From the NCBI GenBank assembly GCA_028534125.1, contig CM052818.1:13766001-13830000 (forward strand): a stretch of 64,000 nt of DNA. The letters run 5' to 3'. Under the pieces are notes generated by a model. It made no database searches and had not been told where the DNA came from. It saw only the letters and a program-made list of their open reading frames with translations. The first letter of the stretch is position 1. Each line of letters begins with the position of its first letter. Of the stretch, positions 50,662 to 62,819 are shown one piece after another. Origin of the DNA: Lama glama. Lineage: Eukaryota. The position numbers were made by a program, and so were the translations under genes.

Positions 50662-51271
50662 GTAAGTTAAAATATTTCTTCATTTTTTCATTTTAATAAC
50701 TTCTGTAAATGTTTTTTTCAGGCTGTGGTTTCTAAGAGACTTATGGATGGGGCAGTGGTGTTCAAAGTCTATCTTAGAAATTTTTAAATAACTGTATATC
50801 CTCCTAAGGAGATTTTGAAGAAAAACACTTACTCTGTTATTTTATTTCAAACTTTAGTTGTATTATCAGATAGTAATATCATTTAAAACATTTATTTTTT
50901 TATTCTGAGACTTTTAAAGACCTCAAGCTTTTCATGTTTCCCTAGAGGTTGCCTTAAAAACCTCTTCCAAAACATCTTTATGATTTATGCATGCATGTAG
51001 TTTATTATAGAAGGGAAAGGGGATTGATAATTAAAAGGAGGTAGATACTATGAAATCATACTAATCTGCTGGTTTAGGAGTCAATTACTGTAATAGAATT
51101 AGAAGTAACTTTAGTGCCCATAACACTTTAAGAACTTTGTATAAAGATAAAAGAGAGTTTAGTTTTAAATGGAAAAATTTTGCTGACGATTATTTAGTCT
51201 TCACAACAGTCTTCATAGTTGGAAGTGAAATTGTTTATAATTCTATTTTTAACACTAGACTTTTTTATGTT

Positions 51272-51446
51272 CTAGAGCTGGGTTATCAGAATTGCCGCTG
51301 GCCACATGTTGCTACTTAAATTTAAGTTAATTCCAATTAAATAAAAGTAAAATTTCAATTTCTCAGTTGCACTAGCTACATTTCAATACTCAGTAGCCAC
51401 ATATAGCTAGTGATTACTGTATTGGACAGCACTGATATAAAACATT
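51272..51446 (-). mobile_element. MER3-like hAT-Charlie MITE
   Basis: gccacatgttgctacttaaatttaag..ctcagttgcactagctacatttcaa..gtattggacagcac. Confidence 0.75.
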
Positions 51447-53272
51447 TGGTCTGATTATTCAGCTTCAAAGTTTGAACTTTCATTCTGTCTCTTTTCCATG
51501 TTGGTAGTCTTTCTCTTTTCCAGCCTTCAAGAACCTGTCAACTTCATTCTGTATTCTTTATGAAGGTCTAACCTATTTGCAAAATATTTTCAGAATTCTA
51601 AATTCTTAAAACTTTTGGAGTTTGAGATGAGATTTAGTAGAAATTGTGGGTATTTTAAGGGTAAAGAAAGAATTGTCATTGATTTGTGTTGAGACTGTTA
51701 AAGGGTGAGCTTTTAAAGATAGTATGAATAAAGAAACAGTGGCCATAGGACTTAGAAAAGGGAAATGTATTTCTTTAAACTGGTGGCAGGCAAAGGTCTG
51801 GCAGTTGAATTGAGGGAACCCTTCAGTTTGTCGTAGTTATTAAAATCCTGCCATTTTGTATATGCTCATTGTCTTAAACTATGAATAGGTTAACACTTTT
51901 GGAAGCATGTAACTTAAAAATTGAGGTTACCATACCTAAAAAGTTGGTTATTTTATATATTGCTACAAATGTACTACCCAAAAGTCATTCTTAATTGTTC
52001 TCACTAGGCCTGTCAAGTATTATTTCTAGACAGAAACGTTCTTGTTTTTAAACTCAGTAATTTTTATCAGATCCCCACCCCCCAAAAAATTCTGACTTCC
52101 CAGTCACATCTAGAAACTACATTTTGGTAATTTTAAATATTTTTATGTCATCCTAATAATTTTGTTTTTACAGAATGAGGAACTTTCTGCACTGACAGAA
52201 TTGTATTTAATTGAGTTAAATTGTATGACAATAGAAATAGAATGTTACGATATAGTAAACGTGTTGAATATAAATCAGAACCTGGCTAAGTTTCTTAATG
52301 ATCAAAGAGCCAGTTTTTCTTTTTTGAGTATATTGTCTTCATTAGTAGTTCAGTAATTGGCCCAAGAGATGTAACTAAGCTAGACAAGGCAGTGCTGTCT
52401 GTTTTGTATGCACTTCTCATTTGGTAGCTGTACGAATACAGTTATACTAGCAGTTGGATTGCAGCATAAGAGATGGTAGAAGGGAGGCAGTAAGATGCAT
52501 GTTAAACTGTTTCTCAGTACTGAATGGAAAGAAAAAGATTAGGTTTGCATTGTAATATTTTAAATTTATATAAAGTTTTTAAGAAGGTACACAATAAAAG
52601 AATTGCTGCTTTTATTCTACTCGATACATGTATACTTGTATATACATTCTTAAATTTTGCCCCTGGTAACTTTGTTAGAAACAAATCAAATATTTATTGT
52701 AGTATCTTATACATGTTGAACAAAGCCAAAAAAATAGGTTTCTTTTACTAAGATTGATAGGATGAAGATGTGAGAATGAATTGTAAGCCTGAAGTAAAAA
52801 TTGCTTAAAATTTTTTTCCAAGAAGAAAGGCTGTGTTGTTTGATGATAGCCAAAGACTGACTGAGCATTTTGGCAGTATTCCGAATTCTGCCACTGACTC
52901 ACTGTGTTTTTTGGCAAGTAATTTATACTCCCTGAAACAAGTTCTTGATTCTTCTCTGTTTGTAAAGTTAGTATAATAATATTGTACTGACCTCAGATGG
53001 GTTGTGTAATGGTTTTCCACTTCAGAACTTTTCGGTGTAAAAATAGTATGGATTTCAGTACCTTGCTTTTTAAATAAATATTTCTAAATTGTTATCTTTT
53101 TATTAGGTAAGTATATTGGAGAGATCATTTAAATGCAAAACAAAACAAAACCTTCATTAAGCTATTCAAAATGTAGCCAAGCTTTTTAGCCTGATGAGTT
53201 TTTAGTTATTTATAACATATTAAGAACTGTACTCTATAAAATATGAATGATTGTTTTATTCATTTCTTTTAG

Positions 53273-53356
53273 TGTCAGAAAAAAGAAGAATTTATTGAAA
53301 GAATTCAAGGTTTAGATTTTGATACAAAAGCAGCAGTTGCTGCACATATTCAAGAG
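53273..53356 (+). CDS. CCDC88A: CCDC88A coding exon 6 (84 nt)
   Basis: ttcttttag| acceptor; [28 protein letters not shown]; donor GAG|GTAATA. Confidence 0.97.
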
Positions 53357-54940
53357 GTAATAACCGGTATACAATTTTTATGTACTTTTAATAATGCTTG
53401 TGGTATTTTTATTTGTATATCTCCCAAAATACTTAAAGTCATAGATTAAGCAAGAACAAATCAAAATCAGATATAGACGAATTGTTTTAGACAAGTTGTC
53501 TTCTCTTTAAAGACTTTTCTTAAATGAATCATCTTACACATGGCACAGTGCTGACTAGAGATATACCATTGCCTGTATCTATAGGGATATAGGCAGAAAG
53601 TGCTGTTTGAGGAATGGAGTATATTTCTTTGTTAGACAGCACAGCATGAATAAATAGTATAGTAAATGGAAGCAGCAGAAAGTGGATCACTGTCTGTAAT
53701 TCAAAACTGAGGTGAGGTAAAATGATAATCTTAGTATCATAACATTCTAGTGATTTTTTTTTGAATGAATGAGCATAGCATAGTTTTTATTGAAGATGTT
53801 ACTTGAATTTTAAACACATCAGTGACTTGTAACATCCATATAAAAACCTAAATGTAGGATATATTGTGCAATGTCAAATAATTGAAGTTAAAATTTACTT
53901 GTTAAAATTGTTTTTAAAAGCTGCTACTTCTGCATCTGTCTAGTCTTGGGCTTTTAATCTTGTTTTACTTATTAGACTTTTTAGAACTGCAGTTTGTTAA
54001 CTTGTACATGTTGATTAGAAAGAGAATTAAGGAAAGGCAAAGGAGAGAATTTTAAAATAGTGAAAATTGGTAGTGTTTAAAATATTCTCTACTTAAATGA
54101 CTTTGTGTTCCATATATCATCTTTTCTTAGTTACCATTCATAGAGCCCAGCTTTCTTGTCAGTAATATTGTCAGCAGTAAGCATGTTAGTACTCTACAAG
54201 ATATAGTTATATTGGTAGTTGCCCTTTATGTATTATGTTTGTTTATTTATGCTTGTATTGCTATTTCTATTTTATTTTGAATAAATGCTAAGTGTTGCAA
54301 GTTGCTGAATTTGCCACCATTTCTTAAAAGTGATATTTTTGCTCTATATTGTGAACATTAAAGCAAAATGATGGAACATACAGTGAGAAGTGGAAAGCAA
54401 GAAATAAGTACTTTACTTATATAATTTCCATTCTTTAAATATATTGGGAGTCCTTTTCTCCTAAGGTTCTATGACAGTATCATCTTCAGAATCTATGAAG
54501 ACTTAACTTTTCCAGCATAATAGCAGTAACATATACCCTACAGGATTAAAAAACTTTTGCTTTTGAATTCAAGTACAATAAATTTAGTCTTATCTAAGGA
54601 AAAGATCAATTGATTTTGTTAAAGTAGTTGTCAGGCATATTAATATTACCTTCCCTTAGAAATGCCTAGAATTATGTATCTTATTTTTTAATTGTAAAAT
54701 AAGTATAAATTCATTTAAAGATTATGTTTAGTTAAGATTGTTTTTATTGGAAGCCTTTTCATTCATTAATTTCACATGTCCTTTTAGACATCATATTTAC
54801 TTTTCATATTTTTATTATGTGGGATATATAATTTTAAATATTAAATATATAATATTTAAGTTAATATTGTACTAAAATGAAATTGATTTTTAAATAGTAT
54901 CCATTTTTAAAAATTATTTATTTTGGTTACTTTTCTAAAG

Positions 54941-55081
54941 GTAACTCATAATCAGGAAAATGTGTTTGATCTACAATGGATGGAAGTGACTGATATGTCT
55001 CAGGAGGAAGTAGAACCACTCTTGAAAAACATGGTATTGCATCTAAAAAGACTTATAGATGAGAGAGATGAACATTCAGAG
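54941..55081 (+). CDS. CCDC88A: CCDC88A coding exon 7 (141 nt)
   Basis: ttttctaaag| acceptor; [47 protein letters not shown] (core of track ORF 54923..55147); donor GAG|GTTTGT. Confidence 0.96.
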
Positions 55082-56234
55082 GTTTGTAAATTTCTTTCAG
55101 TATATTTGCTTTCTAAGAAAGAAGCTTCAGAGATTTTCCAGAATTGATACTCTGTTTATTAGGGACAGGTAATAAAGGCAACACAGGAAACAGAAAGAAT
55201 GCCTAAGAGCCCCACATTGCTAGTAAACAGATTGCAATTAGGTTTCTTTTCTCATTCCTTTTGAATTATTCTGATTTTGTTCTTCTGTATTTTTAAACTC
55301 ATCTCCATAGTTCTGGCAACAGAACAGAAGTATAAAACTAAAAATATCTTTGATATAAGTGGAAAAATCACTGCCTTGGAGTATAAGAATTTGCTTAAGG
55401 CTAATTTTGTAGTTTTATTGCACATTTTGAGATTGGAGAAATAAGTGTTAATAAAAGGAGAATAACAGGTGTTCTGAATAAAATGTCCCACGAAGGTCTC
55501 AAATTTTTCTAGTCAGTGTAATGAGGTGTGATTTTAAAAAAGAGAATTATTATAAGCTCCTTTAAGAGAGTACTTTGCTTTTTAAAAAGAGTGAAATTGC
55601 ACCAGATTTTTTTGCCTGTACTCTCTGAAAGCAGCTTGTAATTTTTAGAGGAGTCTAGACGTTAGTGCATTTGGTGATGAGTAATATTTTCTTAATAGCA
55701 GACTAAGTACTCCATCATTCAGGAGAATGTAAAGCTTTGATTTGTTAATCATTTACATGAGAGAGTCAGATGTGAGCTATTTATAGAGAATTTGATTACT
55801 CTTGGGACTATTAAAAGACTACTTAGAAGAAATTTCTGAAGTTTTTTTTTTTGGAACAAAAAACTTTCGTGTCACTATAAACATTTCTGATGGGAATTTT
55901 CAGTTTTTATTCAGGCATTAAAAGAGAAGAAAATATAGGAAATAAAGTGTTTTAGAGCAATAACTAAATTTTTAAAAAATCTAAGAACAAAGGAAGAGCT
56001 CAGTGAATTTCTAGTATCTATCCAACATATCCCAATATTTCAGTCACTTCACTTTCAATCTGAGTTTTGAACTGTATGCTGTATCTTTTTACGTTAGTGT
56101 CTTTTTATTGTTAGATCTATTTCCTATAACATTTCTCTGTTTACATTTCAAGATATTAAAAGTATTTTGATAAAGTGCCCTCCAGCTTCTGAGGAATTGC
56201 TTCTAAAAATCTATGCTTTGGTTTCATTTGACTG

Positions 56235-56281
56235 ATGGTTATGTATAAATTGTGTAAGTTACACAATTTATACATAACCAT
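56235..56281. repeat. Perfect inverted repeat, 23-bp arms with a 1-nt spacer
   Basis: ATGGTTATGTATAAATTGTGTAA-G-TTACACAATTTATACATAACCAT. Confidence 0.97.
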
Positions 56282-56674
56282 AATGAAGTGATTAATATGA
56301 AGTGAAGGAGGACATTATTTTGGAGAAATATGAACAAAATACTTGTCACTACATGATCTGTGTCAAAACTAAAAAGGAATATGAAATACTGTATAGAGTG
56401 GTTGTTTGAAAAACCTTTTAAAAACTATTATCCTGCCTGATTAAGCATTTTACTTGAATTTATTTTTCTAACAAGGGGAAAAAAGTGGTCACATTCTCCT
56501 GTCCCAGGTATTTGGAAAACAAGTTTCTAGCTGGTTTAAACCACTTCTCTAGGGGGAAAACTTACAGTTTGGGTCACCAGTGGACTAATTAGAAAAGATA
56601 ATTTTTAATGATTGTGAAAAATGTAAATATAATAATTCTGTATCATTCAGTTGGATTGAAACAAGTTCTTAAGA

Positions 56675-58045
56675 TTTTCCTTTTATATTTTTTCTGCTTT
56701 TATCCTCCAAAATATTTTATTAATTACAATTTTTATGTAAAAAGTAAAACAGAAGAAAGTTATACATTACAGTAAATAGCAATGTTTATGGTTGTGGTTT
56801 CTAATTTCTCTACAGAATTAACCAGCCATGATGGTGTAAAGAGAATTAGGAGTAAATACCACATTCATATTTTTTGGAATACTTCAAAGTACAAAAAGCA
56901 TGGTGCTAATTTTTAAGTGCAGAGAAAGCTTATAATAAAATAGACTTAAAAGTTATAAGTAAAAATCTGTATATTAAAGGTATTTTTATGGCATAGCACT
57001 GTGTAGAAAGAAAAGTGGAGAGAGGAACCATCACATCGGGTGTTACAGGTTGGGCCCATTTCAACTTGCAGGACCCTATCTGCTTTTCTCAAGGGGAGAG
57101 TTTCAGTCAGGTTGAAGAAGGCCACAGGTGTCACAAGGAGACATAGTGCTCCTTGTCCGTGTTGTGTTTATACACTAGCACCATGCTGAAGGAATAAGAT
57201 GGGATTCGTAGCAACAGCCTGGGCTGCAGAGCTAGTGCTGGAGGCATAATTTTTGTTCCTGTCCTGCCAGTGAGGGTCCAGAACATGCCTCCCAGTCCCC
57301 CATGATGATGTGTTGAAGATCCAGGCCATGCTGTGCTTGCTATAGCATTCCCAGCTGCAACCAGTAGAGGAAGTTTCTGGCTGTGGATGTGGACCCAATG
57401 AGGAGTTTCCTTTTCTCATAAAACTGATCTGGAAGTCGTAGAACTGCTGTTCTGATGCCCTCATTGACATTCATGGATGCACAGGTGGGCTCCTGGCCAG
57501 ACCAAGCCAGACTGGATCGACAGATTCAGGGAGGGATACCCTGTAGCTTGTGGCCACCGATGCAAGAGGTGGCTCTGTAACTATTGCTGCTGGAACTGCT
57601 CATGGACCTGTTCTCTCGGACAGTGAGTTTTGTCACAGCATCTGACTCTTTCTTTAACTTGAAATGTACAAATTCCTTTGTTCTCAGCTCTGTCACAGAC
57701 TGTGTACTGTATCTTGTGGTCTCCTTAAGGGAAATTCAAGTCTTAGGGGGAGGCCTTTTAGAATAACATCAGTTAGAATGTTGTTTCCTGTGTCTTCATT
57801 CAGGCATCTCCCAGGACACTGAGGACTGTCAGCTTATGGGGTTTAGAAATGTATTCTTACTCGGGCACTTGATTCTAGAAAGTTCCAATTAACACAGGCT
57901 GGTTGGCTGCTCCGGGCCTTCTTGTCTCTCCCATTTCAGTGTGTATCCAAACGAGCAATCATACTCTCACTGGAGTTAAAGGAGGCAACTGAAGCACTTA
58001 AACCCTCCATTTGCTGGCATGGCAAGGGCAGGACATTGCTTTTCA
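56675..58045 (-). pseudogene. SRPX: Processed pseudogene of SRPX (sushi repeat-containing protein, X-linked), 5'-truncated, antisense in CCDC88A intron 7
   Basis: Minus-strand fragments KQCPALAMPANGGFKC, RIKCPS, ILTDVILKGLP, HKIQYTVCDRAENKGICTFQVK, SMNVNEGIRTA, DQFYEKRKLLIGSTSTARNFLYWLQLGML*QAQHGLDLQHI, LLRIPSYSFSMVLVYKH, PVAFFNLTETLPLRK..TCNT are colinear with recalled SRPX (sushi 2, HYR, sushi 3, C-terminal domain) with no introns. They are followed by SRPX-like 3'UTR, AATAAA (56716-56721) and an A-rich tail (~56675-56702). Multiple stops and frameshifts. Confidence 0.92.
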
Positions 58046-58540
58046 GTCAGAAATGGGCAGCCACACACTGCCCACAGGGGATGCTCCCCCTTGTCAGAAC
58101 AGAGAGCCCTTTCTTCTGTTTTGATTGATCTTTTGTCATAATTGTTTCATGTTGATCTGAAAAGTATAATTTGGTAACCCTGTTTTTAATTACTCTTCAT
58201 TTATTTGTAATGCTGTGGAGCAAGAATCTCTTCAGTCCTCTCATTTTACTAAAAACCAAATATTTAGTGTCACTCTTTATGCCAAGCTTTGTGTTGTAAA
58301 TTCAACATATACTGTCTTAGTAAGTCTGTGCAATAACTCTACTGTACAGATGAAGATTCTCAAGCTCAGAAAAGTTAGTAACTTGCCCAGTCTAACTCCA
58401 ACACTTGTGTTCCTAATCATTATAATACCTTTGCCTAAATCTATGATTGTGCTGAGTACAACTCTGATTATTTTCCTTAAAGATGGGTTATGTAAGTGGA
58501 ATCATTAAGTCACCAGAAGTTTTTTTAGCATTATATCTTT

Positions 58541-59056
58541 TTTTAAACATTTTTTAATTGAGTTATTGTCATTTTACAATGTTGTGTCAAATTCCAGTGT
58601 AGAGCACAATTTTTCAGTTATACATGAACATACGTATTTTCATTGTCACATTTTTCCCCTGTGAGCTACCACAAGATCTTATATATATTTCCCTGTTCTA
58701 TACAGTATAATTTTGTTTATCTATTCTACATATGCCTGTCAGTATCTACAGATTTTGAACTCCCAGTCTATCCCTTCCCACTCCCCTCCCACTTGGCAAT
58801 CACAAGTTTGTATGCTGTGTCTATGAGTCTGTTTCTGTTTTGTATGTATGTATGTATGTATGTATTTATTTATTTATTTATGTAGATTCCACATATGAGC
58901 GATCTCATGTGGTATTTTTCTTTCTCTTTCTGGCTTACTTCTCTTAGAATGACATTCTCCAGGGACATCCATGTTGCTGCAAATGGTGTTATGTTGTCAT
59001 TTTTATGGCTGAATAGTATTCCATTGTATAAATATACCACATCTTCTTTATCCAGT
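58541..59056 (-). mobile_element. 5'-truncated lineage-specific L1 3' end, antisense
   Basis: Reverse complement closely similar to ~13120-13590; TSD attatatcttt at 58530-58540 and 59060-59070. Confidence 0.9.
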
Positions 59057-61788
59057 ATTATTATATCTTTATGTGTTTATTCTTCAATGTATATTAATAA
59101 ATACCTGCTTTTAGCAAGATCTGTTGCTAGAGTGCTTGAGAGCAAAAAACTGACAGACTTTCAGAAAAGAGCCAAAGATTGTTATAATCTAATAGGGAAG
59201 TTATTTTAATAAACTAACCATAATAAAATTTTTAAAGTGACAAGTACCAAAAGAGAGATATATATCTAAATACTATAGGAATTTAAAGAAGGAAGATATT
59301 ACTTACAATTGTTAGTGGAATGTCTAGGATTGGAAGGATCAGAGAAGGCTTAAGAAATTAAAGTTATGCTTAATACCATTTCCTGTCAGATTTTTTTGAA
59401 AATGTTTGGAATTCTTGAGCTGAAGTAACTACCACTATTAAAGTCAAAATGTCTACATAATCTTTAGTGTACCTCTGGATACTCTTTAATTCTTAATTCC
59501 AGGTTTCTTTCCTTCCTTTCTTTAAAGAATATTTTGCAGCCTTTAGTTCTTTTGTGCTCTATTTTGGGCATCTTGAAGCTCTTGATATTTTAATTTCTAC
59601 ATCAGATAAATCCAAATGTAAGATGTATCTTTAGTACTCTTCAGTTTTCCATTTTGTGAATCATTCAGTTAAATATTTTGAGTAGCTCTTTTTGTGTTCA
59701 TTACTATGGTGGATAAGTTCAGGGATACAAAAGAGGCATGAAAAGATTGTGTCTGTTTTTTTTAAGAAAACACATTGTAAATGAAAAACAAGGTAGCATA
59801 TAATTAAGTTCTAGTTTGTGCATGAAACAAATATTTAGTAAATTATGTCTGCAGGTACTATTTTTAAAGTCAGAAGATGTTGAAAAGCAAGTTTAAAGAT
59901 AATTGAGACAGTAAGAAAATACACAAGTAAAAGTTGACTCCATGAAGTTTGGACTTGGACTACTATGGAGATTAGTAACACTATTCACAGAGACAGGGAA
60001 TTTGGGCTGGACATACTGGGAAGGTGGATAAGACGAAGTAATACCAGTGAGCAAAGTACCCTTCAAAAAGTAGCATTGGAAGAGAAATAGAAGGGTAGTA
60101 AGAGGAAAATGTGATTTTCCCCCCCACTACATACAAGAAACTTGTATGTCTCTGAAGAACAAGGAGAAAAAGCCAATAGGAAGAGAGAAACTGAAAATGT
60201 TGTAGAAGTAAGGAATGTGTGTTGGAAACAAGAAATGCATAAAAATGGAAGAGTTTATTGCAGGTGATTTTGTTTCTTTGACAAGTTGTAGGAGAAGCCA
60301 TTTGTTGGAAGTGATAGCAGTTTGAATTTGAGGGCTTATCTAGAAAGAAGGGAATATATTTACAACAGCCATTGTGGGAAAATTTTGCCAGGAAATCATC
60401 AAGATTTTCAATAAAAGGACTGATGGGCATTGCAAAGAGCATAACTGAAAATGGATGGCAAGATCCGTAGTAGGGCTGTGTTTTGTTTTGTTTTGTTTTT
60501 TAGAGTTCTTTATCACCTTGGAGCAGGAATTAAAAAAAAAACTGATGGTAGGTAAGGAAAATGACATAATGTTTGAGTCAAACTTGATTTTGAATTCTTA
60601 TTATACCTACCATTAAATGTGTGACTTTGGTTAAGCTATTTAATCTATATGCAACTGAAGTTTCCTTATGTCTAAAATAGATGTAATGCCTCTATTGCCA
60701 GTTAAGTATTGGATGAGGTCTTGGAAAATCTTCTAGCCAGGAGTTCTATAAACATTAGTTCCCTTTTCTTTTTTTTTTTTTTTCCTAAAGAGTGAGCCAT
60801 AGTCAAAGAATGGCATGGTAGTGTTAAATTAGAAAGTAAGGATGACATTTAATGGCCTAATTGTAGTTCCAGACTGAATAGGAATTCTAGAATAGCCAAG
60901 AAAAAAAGGGGAGTTGAGTGATTAAAGGTTCAGGAATAGGAATGGTGACATGAACATAATGCTGCAGTAAAGGAGGCATGCCACAAGAGAGGAATGGTTC
61001 CTTCACTGAAGAAACCTGTCTGTATTGAGTAGGGAGTGGATGTGGGGTTATAGAGAGAAAAGGAACTGGGAAGTCATGTTCTGTGGCTTATCAGGAGGCA
61101 TAGTGGAATCTGTGAAAGCAGTAGTTGAACAGACCTTGATTCAGGTACTGAAATGTATTCTAAGGATAAAGAAATGAATTCTGATGTGTGGTTTAAAAAA
61201 AAAGAAGAGGAGAATTAATGATTCATTGAGGGGGTTATAAGACTTAGTGATGAGAAACAAAGTGAGCATGATGATTTCATGGTCCCAAGGTGGTAAGTAA
61301 CCCCACCCATTCTTTCTGGAGTAGAAGCACAGACAGAATTGCTACCAAGGAGAATTTCTGATTGCCTGGAAAGTTTGAAAGAAAAGCTGAGAGACTGGTT
61401 CAGAATAAAGAGAGTTTTCCAATAAAAGGAATATTAGGGGAATAGAGGAATATTATTAAGTGAGTTACACGTAGGTTAAATAGCCCTTAAAGTTCAGATT
61501 TAGGATAAGTAGAAGATTTGTATCCCAAGGAGTGTCTCTAGAGTAACCAATAAAGGAAGCATTGAGATGGGAAGCAGGTTAGAACTAGATTTGTAAGAAA
61601 GAGCATAGGATGTGGAGTCAAGAGACTGGTCTGTAACCTTGGTGTTGCTACAAGCTAGTTGTGAGATCATAGACAAATCAGTCTCTGTGCCTCAGTTACC
61701 TTACCTATAGAATTAAGAGACTGAACTAAACCTCTGATGTCCTTTTAGGTCCCTCTGAGGTTTCTATTTACAATTCTAGAGAATTGTT

Positions 61789-61964
61789 CAGTTCTGCGTC
61801 AATAGCAAGACTGTATTTCTCCACCATCGAGTACAGTAACCAGTGGCTACGTGTGACTGGTGTGCTCTTGAAATGTGGCTTATGTGACTAAGGAACTGTA
61901 TTTTTAACTTTAAAAATTTTTAATTAGCCACTTATGCTACTGGCTACTATGTTGAACAGCACAA
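61789..61964 (+). mobile_element. MER3-like hAT-Charlie MITE
   Basis: cttgaaatgtggcttatgtgactaaggaactgtattttta..tagccacttatgctactggctactatgttgaacagcac. Confidence 0.7.
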
Positions 61965-62312
61965 TTATAAACATATCACTCTTGAGTTAATTTCTCTACT
62001 CGGTCAACAAGTCTTTGATGCTTTTCCAACAGTTGCTATCTCTTCTACTTATTTTACCACAATTTGCTGCTTTTGTTAAAAAACTAAGAAGAAGTAAAGG
62101 TATTAAGTCTTTTTCTCATATTGTCTACTGAATAGCTTATCCATGTACTGGAACTTTAAGAAATAACAGCTAAATATTACAGAGATATTTTAATCAGTGA
62201 ATTATTTTTGATATTGTAGTACAATATTGAGACTTAGTGACTAGTGTTGATGTGTTTAGTTCTCTGATATGTAAAATACTAAAAGTGATTCTGTGTTTCT
62301 TTATTTCCTTAG

Positions 62313-62485
62313 ACTATCATAGAACTCTCTGAAGAACGGGATGGTCTTCATTTCCTACCCCATGCCTCTTCATCTGCGCAGTCACCTTGTGGTTCTCCAG
62401 GCATGAAGCGAACAGAAAGTCGACAGCATCTGTCAGTGGAACTGGCAGATGCTAAGGCGAAGATAAGAAGGCTGAGGCAGGAATT
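62313..62485 (+). CDS. CCDC88A: CCDC88A coding exon 8 (173 nt); gene continues beyond the window
   Basis: tttccttag| acceptor; TIIELSEERDGLHFLPHASSSAQSPCGSPGMKRTESRQHLSVELADAKAKIRRLRQE(L); donor TT|GTAAGT. Confidence 0.97.
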
Positions 62486-62571
62486 GTAAGTTGCTGATTT
62501 TCAAGGCTTACTGAATTTATGTGGTTGCAGAGGTGACCTAAACAATGTTCTTAGGTTTGTAGACTGTAGAT

Positions 62572-62819
62572 CAGTGGTTCCCAATTGCTCAGCTGTATCA
62601 AAGTTTTCACTAGTATTTGTCAAAATGAAAAAAATAAGGAGACTAGCATAAGGTTTTCCTAATGCTAAGTCTTATCAATTTAAAGGGTGCCCTTTTTCTG
62701 TATTTATGTGCTTCCTATTTTTCTGATGTTAAAATGGCCTTTTATTCCTTGGCAAATAAAAATCTCATTAATTTTTTAATTTTTGCATTCCTTGAAATCT
62801 AAAATACTGGCAACTGCTG
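62572..62819. mobile_element. hAT-Charlie-type MITE
   Basis: Imperfect TIRs cagtggttccca and tggcaactgctg; degenerate 8-bp TSD ctgtagat/atacagat. Confidence 0.5.

Noticed and set aside
57285..57310. Minus-strand IIMGD motif resembling a LINE AP-endonuclease signature
   Set aside because: Explained as a decayed, frameshifted part of the SRPX C-terminal domain
56746..58122. 14-bp inverted match (AAAACAGAAGAAAG at 56746-56759 and CTTTCTTCTGTTTT at 58109-58122) bracketing the SRPX copy, resembling TIRs
   Set aside because: Low-complexity purine tract, and one copy lies inside the 3'UTR-derived sequence; the poly(A) signal and tail indicate retroposition rather than DNA transposition
59981..60567. 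153-aa and 75-aa minus-strand ORFs
   Set aside because: Non-ATG or low-complexity Phe/Leu/Ser-rich frames opposite purine-rich, probably old repeat-derived intron sequence; no domain or splice support
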